NCBI RefSeq assembly: GCF_001186125.1
Contig: NW_014040356.1
Coordinates: 57,704-116,016, forward strand
Origin: Sphaeroforma arctica JP610
Taxonomy: Eukaryota
Direction: 5' to 3'
Length of the DNA stretch: 58,313 bases
The notes beneath the pieces are model-generated. The model had not been told where the DNA came from and searched no databases. It saw only the letters and a program-made list of their open reading frames with translations. Of the stretch, positions 25,205-36,650 are shown one piece after another. The stretch's first letter is position 1, and every line of letters begins with the position of its first letter. A program made the translations under genes and the position numbers.

Positions 25205-25550
25205 TGTTGGAAGTTGGATTTCTTTGACAAGGTCCAGAAACATTTTGGGCCTAACAACGTCGACGCCTTTGCATCAANNNNNNNNNNNNNNNNNNNNGAA
25301 TACAATACATGGATGAATCCACCATGGCGCCTTATACATAAGGTATTGCGTAAGGTGTTGGATGACACGGCGTCCGCGACAATATGCTTACCGTTGAACA
25401 CACGTGCACCGTGGTTCCCGCTACTTCTGTTGATGATTCAAGCAGACCCGTTAGTTATCCCGCGCACAGCTCACACATTCTTAAAGCACGGCTCACAGGC
25501 TTGTGGTAAGTACCCATGGGAGCACACCATCATGGTACGTATTGGCCCTT
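25205..25550 (+). CDS. Dam-like methyltransferase domain in Gypsy C pol (spans a small N gap at 25278-25297)
   Basis: CWKLDFF...FGPNNVDAFAS...WMNPPWRLI...ICLPLNTRAPWF...CGKYPW. Confidence 0.85.
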
Positions 25551-26364
25551 CATCTGGATACAAAGTTAATCCATCGTTCTGGTGTGACCTAAGTATGGCG
25601 ATACCTGTATGTGAAGATGCCAGTACACGTTATCAAGAAGATTGGGCGCAGCCAATGAGGACTATACGGACGCGACAGATCGCCGCACAAGTTCCGGAAA
25701 TATGTGCGGGTGCTACAGTGATGAATCATCAGCTAACCGTCGTGTACAGTTGACATGGCAATTTCATGAACAAGGACATCTGGCGCCGGCAGTGACGGTC
25801 CCACAGATGCGAGATGACGGGCATAATTGGGACCAAATGCTTCCAATTACGGAAGAGGTCCGTAAATTATGTCGTACAGGCTTGGGTAACGATACGATGA
25901 AGAAGGGATTTCATCCTTGAATGAATATCACCGCTCGGTACCCATGAGATCACATACAAGTGGATCTCATTCCTATGGTAGTCACATCCACTAAAGGAAA
26001 CAAATTTATTCAACATGTGCTTGATGTGGCGTCGGGATACTCGATTCTGCGGACGATACCTGCGAAGGGTGTCAGTGTTTGGTGAGCATGGATTTTCTCG
26101 TAAGGTACAGAGTGACGAGGGCACCGAATTTGTGAACAATATCGTGAAATCTATCCATACCGCCCTCAGACATTGGGTGCGACAGAACGCCGACATAAAG
26201 AAATTCACAAATGTGTGCGCGCACTGTGTGTTTATTGTCCGAAGTTGTGGGATGACATTTACCGTTCACTATGCTATATCAAAACCTCAGAATATCACGG
26301 CGTCACAAGTCCGCACGTTTAGCGTGTATTTGATCGCCGACATGTTCCGTTTGCAAACATGACT

Positions 26365-28449
26365 AGCGTGACAGCTAAGGAATCCATGTAGATAATAAAG
26401 AGCTGGGGGCCGACGATTGAGCCTTGTAGGATGCCATTCGTTCTATGGAATAGAGACGAGAGCGTGCCGCGGTATGTCACTCGGGTAGGGACCCTCCCAA
26501 ACAGCGCGAGGAGGCAGTTGATCCAGTTTTCGGGCATTCCAGCGTGACGCAGAAGTACCCATAGGCGTGGGAGAGCGACCTTGTCGTATGCCTTGGTTAT
26601 GTCCAGACAGACGTCGTTCCACTCCTCTTCTGACTGTGTCTCAGATTCCATCTCCAGCCCTTCTTAGATGACATTGACGCGTGGGGACGCAAATCAGGCC
26701 TCGAACAGGGTGTCATTAAACCCCGAGTACGATCTACCAACTTGCGACACGCGGCGCCAACCCTCCGTATAAATGGTGAGCTTATCACGCCGACGCTTGC
26801 AGACGCACATTGGAACACACGTTACCTCCCCCTGAAGATGGCGCCCAGACATGCCAAACCGAAACACTCCAAATATCTGGGGTTCCCACTCTCTCACGGA
26901 GTACCAGGAATCAACCTCGCCAGACATATGGAATCTCTGGTTGCAGCATTGTCACTGGGTATCGCCTCTTTTCGCGCTTATGGCTTCCATGGCTTCAGCT
27001 GGCGATACCCCGCAACCGACTGGTGATGTTCGAAACATTCATCCTATCCACGGCTACATGTGGGGTGAACATTATTGCCTGGGCTCCGCCTATATGGAAA
27101 GATGCGTTGGACCCCCTGTTCGAGCGCTTTAACTCAGCACTCATCCAAGCAGCAGCCATCATCACGGGCACTAAATACCCTCGGTTTCCCAAACATCAAA
27201 CAAACTTACTTCACTTTTGCGGCCTGCTCCCCGCGCGACCATTTGCAGACTACTTCGGAGGTTGCCTGGGAATACAACTCGACTCAATGGTCAGCACCAA
27301 TCCACTTACTCCTCTGACGCAGCCCGTCTGAGCACACGACAAACCATCACTGCGCTTCCCGTACAGTATCTATGCTCACCTGAAAACTGTATACAAAACC
27401 ACGGGCGGGCGTACACCCGACCATGTAGCCCTCCGCCAACGCTGTGACGACATCAGGAAGAACTCAACAAAACGTTGGTTCAACAAAGAGATCGCGGCAA
27501 TGGCCCGGCGCCAATACTACTACCAACTGATTATGGGTAAACCGCCAACCTCAAACTAAGACACAGCCAGACACGACAGCTTCAATCGCTGTTTTGAGTC
27601 TGCACCCATCCGGCTCTGTGCTATGATTGTAACGAATACGTACATGTTCACATTGCTCAACTACCGCACCGACGGTTGTCTCTGCCCTGTCTGCCCCGGT
27701 AGCCACAAATTCACTACCAGCCACTTTATCTGTATCCAACAACTGATTCGACGCATCCTGGTAGGCCTGAAACTGCCGCCCATTGGCCTAGACCTCCTTC
27801 AGAAATTACAGGAGTGCCACGACTACCACGGTATCTGGACCCTCCACGAACACCTTGGATCTTTTCTCCAGCATGTTAAAGAACCACCGTACCCTCACCC
27901 GTCCCTGACACATCTACAGATGTTCCCCATACCCCGGCTAATCACGCTGTTGAAGTACTACTTCCAAATTTCGGTTCAAACCAAATCATCGCGCTTGTTG
28001 GTTCCGCCTGTGATACTTCTGATCCAGGCCAGCCAACACATACCGAATTCATCCGTGGTCTGGTGCGGCATTGGCTTACCCCCATCCTCGCTCCTCGACT
28101 GGATTATGACGGATAACCTGGTCCTTCTCGGTATTTCGTACTCTGCACTAACCCATTCCGCCGCACTACACGGCGCAGACCCGATCCGTACCACAGAGGT
28201 GGGTACTCTACTTAGTAGGTCAGCAAGCGAATATATGGAACATTCGATTCTAACAGTGTTTTGTCAGCACCGGCTCGAATTGACTCAGCGCATATCTTCT
28301 ATTGTCGACTCACTTGGCCCAAGCTTCAAACGGGAATTTACTGACCATTTCTTCCCATCAATCTTTCCTGAACCACTACAGCGACTATGAAAGCCATACC
28401 ATATGTTCATACATTGTAACATACATACTTGTCATTTTTGAAATAAAAC
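26365..28449 (+). mobile_element. Non-LTR retrotransposon copy with an inverted 5' segment, inserted in Gypsy C integrase
   Basis: 26365-26651 reads on the minus strand as LDITKAYDKV...GILQGSIVGPQLFIIYMD. 26652 onward reads on the plus strand with KYLG and CLCPVC. A-rich end gaaataaaa. Confidence 0.88.
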
Positions 28450-28725
28450 AAGAAGCTGTGATACCGTTGCTTGGTCCCTACGTGATTCACAGTCGAGAGA
28501 ATCAGAGTTTCCATCTGCGAGTAAAGGATGGCACTAAGCCGCCTGAGCTCAGGGACCGACCAGTTAATATTGAGATAGTTAGGCTGGTACATCGGACTAC
28601 GGAGCCACCATTGGATGAGTCTCTATGGAGAGAGGGTGGCTCGACATTTCGACACATCATCTTCTACCGACTTAATAAGGCGACTAAGCAATCGGAATAC
28701 TTTATACGTTGGTTGGAAGGATGTA
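28450..28725 (+). pseudogene. Gypsy C GPY motif and truncated chromodomain
   Basis: LLGPYVI...RLVHRTTEPPLDESLWREGG...EYFIRW matches element B at 12560-12830. Confidence 0.85.
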
Positions 28726-29293
28726 GCCGGATGTCGAAAGCGGATCCAAACGCGTGAGAGTCGACGACAACGACGTTTGGTACAAGGATAGAGCAGCCTG
28801 GGCCGATGGTATGTCTGGCCGGGGTTGCGTCTTTGCTGCATGCTTGGGTGATGAAAGCACACTCGTATACCCGATATCAGGCATTAAAGGATTAACATTG
28901 TTTCAATAAAATAATTATACATATATTAGACAATTAGTATTAACCTATGCAATATACACGAGTTGCACAGATCACTATTGAAAAACAAATCGAAAGTTAC
29001 TGATTTATTTACGTTATTTCCCACAATTCCCGTCCAAACGCCAAAACACTTTAAAATTTGTCCAAACGCGAACTCGCCTTCTTTTTTTACATTAACGTTA
29101 GTGTGGGATCAAAAGTCGATTCGAGTCCCACATAATTTCATTGTTTGCACAAAGACCGTCTTAATTTATATACACGCCCCCTAAATGTTACGACATTTAG
29201 CATTTTCCTGATTTGACACCCTGTTTTCTCACCCCACCCAAAGCCCGACCACGTCCCATTCCCATTTTTTTTTTGTAAATGTTACGACATTTT

Positions 29294-30086
29294 CTAAATC
29301 CCCTTAAAAAATTGCTCCAGCTGCTCCGAGTCCATGTTTTCCGAAAAATCGAATGGGGGGCTCTGGGACTCTGGGGCGTGATATTGATACTCCTCAATCA
29401 TCATCGAGACATGCGGCCTCTCACTGTACAGGTTAACGAAATCAACTTCATTTTTGGACCACTCGAAATGTTGTGTGTCCGCAGCCAGAACAAAGTCATG
29501 TGAATCGTTTTCGGGGCGCGACTCTCGTGCCTCAACGTGCTTCTCCAACAGTTCGTCGGAAAACTGGTATAAACACGCATCGCAAACCCTAGGTTGTCCT
29601 CATCGTGTTCGTAGTGAAATTTTGTTCCCCGGGGCACAATGACCTCGGTCAATTCCCGGAAGGTGGCGTCAACGAGAACTGGTGTGACCGCCGGAATTGT
29701 CAGAGACATTAAGCAACATTTTTTGTCGGCAAACATAGGAATAAAATTCGGGTTCTTGTTGAGCGTAAAGGACTTGGTCGATTTGGACGGCTGGCTGTCA
29801 TACACATCCTGTCGTCGTGTGAATCGGTAGACTGTCACATCTTCCCGCAGCGAGGGTGCACGATTCCACATGCGGTCCAGTGCGTTTGAAATCTTGGTCC
29901 GCGCTAGACATAACACGTCGTCATCAGACATATCATCGTCATTCAAATCCCCAAATAATTCCGGGCATCCCGAATATTATAACTGGAAAAAATATTGTGG
30001 CCTCCGAACGAACGCCAGTATAACATTGTTTCTTCCGTCCACACATGCCTGGACCTGATGGCGAGCCGCTCAGACGATGTCAACAT
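29294..30086 (-). pseudogene. VIP2/C3-like (R-S-E clade) ADP-ribosyltransferase, frameshifted
   Basis: ISNALD...APSLREDVTVYR...STKSFT...CCLMSLTIP...ELTEVIVPRGTKF. Upstream frame gives MLTSSERLAI. Confidence 0.7.
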
Positions 30087-30120
30087 TTCCTTTATGTATA
30101 GGATAAATAAAAATATATAT

Positions 30121-31019
30121 TTATTCCCATTCGTAGTCGGCTTGACCCAATTTCATGACCTGGTACATTTCTCGGAACAGATCGAGTACTGCGCCCTGAT
30201 TCTGACCATTCCAAGTACGCGTGAACCGTGTGGGTGTCCATTGTCGGATTACTGAGTCGTGCAAGAAACAAAACGAGCGTAAACAGGTTACAGTTTCCCG
30301 TCGGGTCTGTAAGCCGGTCACGGACAAAGAGGTCGAATGGTTTCATGTGGAAAAGCAATTCACTCCTTTGGACACATGAATCATTACACACCTCCCGTGT
30401 GGGTACAAATCGAAAAGATGTACCAAAATATTCATTGTATTTTTCCGTGAGCATCAAACCAAATTTATCGCGAAGTCTATTAAAAACGTTTACTGTTTCT
30501 CCTATGGAATCTATTGCTTCAATTGTCTCATTTTCAAAGTCTACAATCATAGGCATCACATGTCCGCTTGTCCTCGTGGACGGACCAGTTCTCAAAACGC
30601 GTCGTACATTTGGCTTTGTCAAGTTTCCGAATAACGGACGGATTTTCCTCTGCACAATCCTCTTCATCATAGATTTCTAAAAATACTACGATGATTGTAC
30701 AGACACTGGGAAAGTCACGAAACAGGATTAGAATGTAGTCGTCCATAAAATACATGGAAACCAGTCTATGGTAGAGGAACGGGTTGTCGAATACGGTCGC
30801 ATCGTCATCCATAAAATACTTTGGCATACATAGCGTCCCATGTTCCGGGATTGTGTATTGTTTCAGCTCCATCGTCCATTGTTTTTCAAGTCTATAGTCA
30901 TCATCACAGAGAAGACGATACTCGAGTAAGTCGAATGGTCGCCCCATGGTGAGTTTGACATTGTCCCTCAAACCCTCGAAATCGTTTGTATCAAAGCGTT
31001 TGCACGCATTGGTAGACAC
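30121..31019 (-). pseudogene. Putative His-Asp-Cys thiol protease (Ulp1/CE-clan-like, giant-virus-type), frameshifted
   Basis: GHVMPMIVDFENETIEAIDSIG...VQ...DPTGNCNLFTLVLFLARLSNP. Confidence 0.6.
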
Positions 31020-32257
31020 GTTGTAGTAGTGCGTGTCGTTTTGAATAGTGCGATTTCAGTAGCACAATTATTTGATGTATCCAAAATTTGGTTGTATTTT
31101 TCAACAAACGGACGATAGACCGTTTCCCACTGTGGACTACGTGATATTACCGAATTACGATCCATAAGCTGGTACTCGATAGTTGGTGTGGGTTTCCCCT
31201 CATCAACGCTACACGATTTCGTACACATGTAACGAGTCTCCAGCAGCACTTCTGGACGTCCACGTGTAGCCTCAATGTTTAACATGAATGTTTCGTCGTA
31301 CTTGCGTGACATTACGTTAATACATTTTCTATCGTGTATACTATATATGCAAGGGTCTTTCTTGAACACTCTTCTGAATTCTCGAGCCACCAATAATATG
31401 AACTTTCAAGTATCCGGTTCTATTCTATCAAAAAAAATAAATTTGTATCGTTTAAAGAATTTCTCGGTCTCGTCCTGTTCTCTCACCGACGGCTTTACCG
31501 ACCTGGGTGTGTCATCTACAACTCGCGGCACGGGGGGTTTACATGTGTAACTGGTATGGGTACACTGCTACTATCGCCCGTGCACTTGTTGCGAGTCGCC
31601 AGCAACTCTTCTGGTCGTCCGCGCGTATCCATGATGTTATTTTTTACTGCATTATGACAGTCTAATGTGTTGTTTTTGATGGATTTTTTGTCACGAATAC
31701 TATAGATGCAAATATCATTCGCGAACGCATTGGTGAATTTGTTACACACATCTACTGCAAACGACCGTAGTCTCGGTTTCCTTTGATCAATATCCCTATA
31801 TATTATCAGGAATTTCTTGATATTGTCCTTATCTTTGGCCGATGGCTTTACCGACCCGGGTGTGTCATCTGCAACTCGCGGCACGGGTGGGTTCACATCG
31901 TAGCTGGTACTACCACATGCTTGGGCTTGGAATGTACAAACCGCAGTGTAGGGGGGCTCACCTGCGGGTCACCCGTGCTCCTGTCGCGAGTCGCCAATAG
32001 ATCACCCGGATTACCGACAGTGTCTTGAATGTTGGCTTTAATTGTACTAAAGTACTCGTCTGCCGCACGTTCGATGTATTTTTTGTTACGAATACTATAG
32101 ACGTACGTGTCGTCCGTGAACGTGTCGGCGAAGAGGTCGAAAATACCGGAAACGTATTCACCCACACTCTCTGCCCTCATTTCGATTTCATGGTATTTTT
32201 CCACGAATATGTCGGTGTCCTTTACATATATTGACGGATTGACTAACCTGGACACCT
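30968..32257 (-). pseudogene. Three tandem paralogous ~125-aa units of unknown function
   Basis: YSI[HR][DN][RK]K.I...NI..T.G.P..LL.TR recurs in ORFs 30968..31393, 31516..31896 and 31893..32264. Confidence 0.7.
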
Positions 32258-32299
32258 CATACATATGTATTTATGTATGTGTATTTTATACTACACATC

Positions 32300-33042
32300 A
32301 GGGTTCTTATGGTCGCTGGATGACTTCTACCTAACCACGACTAGCCTGTTTGTGATGGAGACCACCAACAACAACTATAACAACGCACTGACACACACCA
32401 TCACCCACAAGTTCGTGACGTGTTAGATCAAAGGTACTGTGGCCAATCTCTTGGTTGAAGACCCTGAGGAGTGGTCTGAGATATTTGGTATGTGAGTGAG
32501 TGGTTGTATATATGTGTGTGTGAGTGATTGGTTATATATGTGTGTGAGAGAGTGAGTGGTTGTATATGTGTGTGAGAGAGTGAGTGGTTGTATATATATA
32601 TATGTGTGTGTGAGTGGTTGTATATATGTGTGCGAGAGTGAGTGCTTGTATATATGTATGTGTGAGTGAGTGTCTGTATATATGTATGTGTGAGTGAGTG
32701 TCTGTATGTTTTTATTTTCGGGTGAGTGTTTGTATACTTTCTATACGTTGTAGAGCCATGTGGGGTGTATAGTGGTGTTTGGTAGTTATCCTATTTTGGG
32801 CGGAACTACATAGTTGCATGCAGTCCGTTCGAACTCCGCCATACAACTAGTACATATGCAGGTATCTTTATTCGCCATTATACCTATTGAACACTCCAAC
32901 ACGCCCATATAACGACACTGTTTACACAATATGTCAGTACCTCACACGTGCTCTGTTTTCACGCACCTGCTACAGGAATCCACAACTCAGCCACGTACGA
33001 CAGTCAGTGGATGGTACTCGATCTCAACCAGTTCACTGCGGG
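32300..33042 (+). pseudogene. Duplicated fragment of the phospholipase B-like gene (exon 7, intron, part of exon 8)
   Basis: GFLWSLDDFYLT... copy with a frameshift and stop; matches the reverse complement of 50669-51920. Confidence 0.88.
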
Positions 33043-33043
33043 A

Positions 33044-33388
33044 TACCGGTCTCCCTGATACAAAGACCTTGTCCGCACACCCCCTCTGCGAAGCACGGAT
33101 TGCTATCTGTCTGTTTTTCAAAACAAGTATCCATGTACAGCTTTTTTACATTTTTCTCAATGGCTTCGATATGCTGTGAGATTGAAGCGCGACATGCAGT
33201 GCCGAAATATCTAGAACCGAAATTAATTCCGTACATGATGTCTAAACGGGAGTCAACATGGTCGCAGCAAAAATTGTGACCAATCTCGTGGGCCAGTAAC
33301 GACACTATACCATACGTGCTCTTTGTCAACGGTGATACGATAGCGGAGTTACTGGATTTTCTACACGCCCCTCCAAAATACGCACTTC
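33044..33388 (-). pseudogene. Duplicated fragment of the reprolysin gene carrying the zinc-binding motif
   Basis: LAHEIGHNFCCDHVDSRLDIM, near-identical to 46740-47084. Confidence 0.92.
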
Positions 33389-36261
33389 TCTACTTTTGTC
33401 AGTGCCGTGGAACTTACCTTGCAGAACGAATTTTGGACTTTTGAGGGCAGAAATCGACATACTCGCCCATTTCTAAGACTCGTGATGTCATCCGATTTTC
33501 GAAATTGGTTTCCCATCCTGTTGAAAAGTGTAAATAAGTGTGTGGAATAAATGATAAACACAAAATTACACCTCGTTGTCGCTTACATACACATCTCCTA
33601 GGCAGTGCAACACACGCAACCAAGCCGTCCCCATCAAAGAGAGCGCAACATCTGACTGGTGGCAGGGGTGAAAGGCACTCTTTACGCGGTCCAGATAATA
33701 GATTTACAACAGTAACAGAGGACCAAGATTATACACCAGAGAGTGAAATAGAATCTTGGCAGAATTCACCATATACATCTCACCGTCGGGTACCCAAGAA
33801 TATGTACGATATAGTTACATCTGAGATGTCTAGTAAAAGCTAAACTATTCACCGCCATACCCAATGTTTTGAATTAAAAAATTTAAAAAATGATTATCCC
33901 TATGTAGTAGTAGACTGAAATATTTTTGTAAAAAAAGTAAAATAATCTCACACTTCTGAAATCTGAAGTTCTGTCACGCAGAATTAATTATGTTTCCGTT
34001 TTTGTTCTTGTTTGTTTGTTTTTTTTAAACAAAACAATAACAATAGTTAGGTATAAAAGAACTTAAATATTTATTTACATACCTCCTCGCATAGCCTGAT
34101 GTGTTTTTCTATACCTTTTTCAATTACCAAAAAAAAAACTGTTTTTGTTTTTGACTTTATATGAGGTCCAGTCGGCAGTCGGCCACTGGTCACTCGCCAG
34201 TACCCACTGTCCCCAGTCCTCTCTACTAGAGAGAGTCCCCAACTCCCACCAGCCGGTAACTGCTATCGCCCATCATAAGCCATCAGGGCCATGCCACAGG
34301 CCATTTCACAGATTGAAAAAAATAATACTTGTAGCCTTTTAGGCATCAACATTCAACAATAAAATAGTTTTAAAAAACCGAGAGAAGGCTATTCAGCGGT
34401 GGCTGCTGTGCTGCAAATGGTACGCTCTAGAGTAAGGTATCTAGTAGATTCAGCTCCTTATTTAGGTTGTAGAGTCCTGTCGAGTCTCGAGTCGTTGAGA
34501 GTCGAGAGTACTCGAGTCTTCTTTTTATTAAACATAATTACGAAAAGTTGTGACTTTTCTTTTTAAAAATGAGAATAGCGCTGTCTAAGACTGCCGCGAA
34601 GGTAAGTGAGACGTGAGTATCTCAGGGAATGAATTCGAAAGTCGACATTTGAAACTTGAAAGTTTTGAAACAGCAAAACTCATTTTCAGAAGGCTAAACA
34701 CATCCAACTATTGAGAACTATTTATTTTAGAGTAGTTCAGCAAACAATACTTGAAAAAATAAATAGAATGTAGACTCAGGAGGAAATCTTGGAGGTCCAG
34801 ATTCCAGAGTCTGGAGTCCATACTTTAAGTGATGTATATATAATTATATATATATTTAAAATTATTTATATATATGTTATTTCTGTACACTCGAGTGTCT
34901 TAGACTTTAGAGTGGGCGAATCTACTAGAGTCAGAGTCAGAGAGTAGAGAATAGTAGCAGTGTAGCACGCATCTAATTAGTAATTATAGTTGCGCATTTA
35001 TTTGTTGATACATTTAATTCTTGTTTTGTTTTCAAAAAACCAAACCAATAAAACAGAACAAAGAAAACATCTTTTATATATATATATATATATATTATTT
35101 TTTTTTTTTACATATGTCTGTCGGAATTCTGAAATGTTTGTTGTGCATTTTTTATCAAATATTTAGCATTTTTTTTTTACATGACAGTCAAACATCGATT
35201 GTTGTCCAGCACCCGTTTTCAGCAACAATTTGGTCAATAATCGGAGTGGACCCAAGACCCATCAAGCACAGGCCTTAGGCTCTATTTCAGGGCAAAATAC
35301 TTACTCCATTCGACATGCATTTTAATTTCTTATTGTTCACTAATAAGCAGCAAAAATTCAAATTATATTTTATATTTAGTAGAATCTACTATAGCCAACA
35401 GGTTTCACTAGAATCTTCTATAGAAGTGTTTATAGCTTATTAGATTGATTGTTACAGTTGTTCAATTCTGCAATGGAGGTGGTGGCTTGCATGTTTGTTG
35501 TCTTGAAGCTTCACTGAAGCTCGAAACAAGAAGTGCAGTTATATTTACCAACTGTGAATATCGGTCTCAGGGATAATGAATAATATTGTCCCTAAGGTGG
35601 TGCTAAGGTCTTAGAGTAATTAGAGGCTTAAAAGTAGACTTTGAAGTTCAATGACATCAAAGTAAATTAAACAAAACTAGTACTTTATTAAAGTCAGGTA
35701 TACCTCGTGAAAACAGCATTACTCTGAGGGATTATGAGACGGAGACATTGCCTATGTAGAATCCTCTCCGTACTGTTTCCGCCGAAGGGATTTTATTTAA
35801 CTTTTCGTTGTTCGCTAGTCGAAACTATCATTCTGTCTCGTTCGAATCTGATAGACTCTTAAAATCTTACCATTCGATAGAGATAATCAGTGAGTGGATA
35901 TGCATTCACAACAAACCAATACAATTAATGACGATATCGAAGGTGGATAACTAACCATGATATCTCGCTTTTTCTGTTGGAGCAAGGATACCAATAAATT
36001 CGGCTGTACTTCCATCACAGCTAAACACTGTGACAGGGTTTTCTACCACTGTAGAAATACGATCTCCGGTCTAAGTCTTAAATATCAAAATCAAATAGGA
36101 TTTTAGTTACTGAGATTAGATACCATTTACGTTGGATGCATAATAATATATTTCACGCCTCGAAACACTTCTCCAATCAAACTAACCAACTTAATATATC
36201 TAAGTCCAACCTAAGAAAAATAAAAAGTAAAAGAAAAGAACCACAAGGCTGGTGCAGTTAA

Positions 36262-36460
36262 ATGTCTGTGTTGATTCCGCCTAAGATACTTCTAATACAG
36301 GCAAACCAGCACATACCGAGTGCATCCGTGGGGGGGGGTACCTTCGGTCTGTTCATGGACCCCATCCGAAACTCTGATCGTACCGACAACGTGCTGTACT
36401 ACGATGTTACCCTCAAAGGAATCGTGTACGGTGCACTACTCAACGAGACAACCGATGGAG
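36262..36460 (+). mobile_element. Diverged fragment related to the C-terminal domain of the local LINE family
   Basis: VLIPPKILLIQANQHIPSASV...DVTLKGIVYGAL resembles LLVPPVILLIQASQHIPNSSV...LVLLGISYSAL. Confidence 0.55.
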
Positions 36461-36650
36461 CCTCGTGTAGTTCGTGCATGCCGCTGGACGTTCTCAACAA
36501 CCAGTACGGTCACGGGGTGAGATTGTGCCTTCAGCCAAGGTCGCATGCATCGGCTGCAACTACGGAAACAGCGGATCGTCGTCATCGGATCTTTAAGCCT
36601 CGTACTTTTCTTCGGGCGCAGAGGTCGCCAAGTCAATCACGGTGTTCGGT

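Larger units (their letters stand above)
20732..28725 (+). mobile_element. Ty3/Gypsy chromovirus-like element C (gag, protease, RT, RH, MTase, IN, chromodomain), degenerate and interrupted by a LINE
   Basis: Zn-knuckle-like CRSC...H...C, LIDTGANRSVI protease, CLDLRQIN/YVDD RT, RH, VDAFAS/NPPW, QSDEGTEF IN, GPY and a chromodomain homologous to element B. Confidence 0.9.
32258..35335 (-). repeat. Inverted, internally deleted duplicate of ~41470-51960
   Basis: Collinear reverse-complement matches to PLB exons 7-8 and their intron, protease 46740-47084, 44131-44543 and pieces of 41470-43850. Confidence 0.9.
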
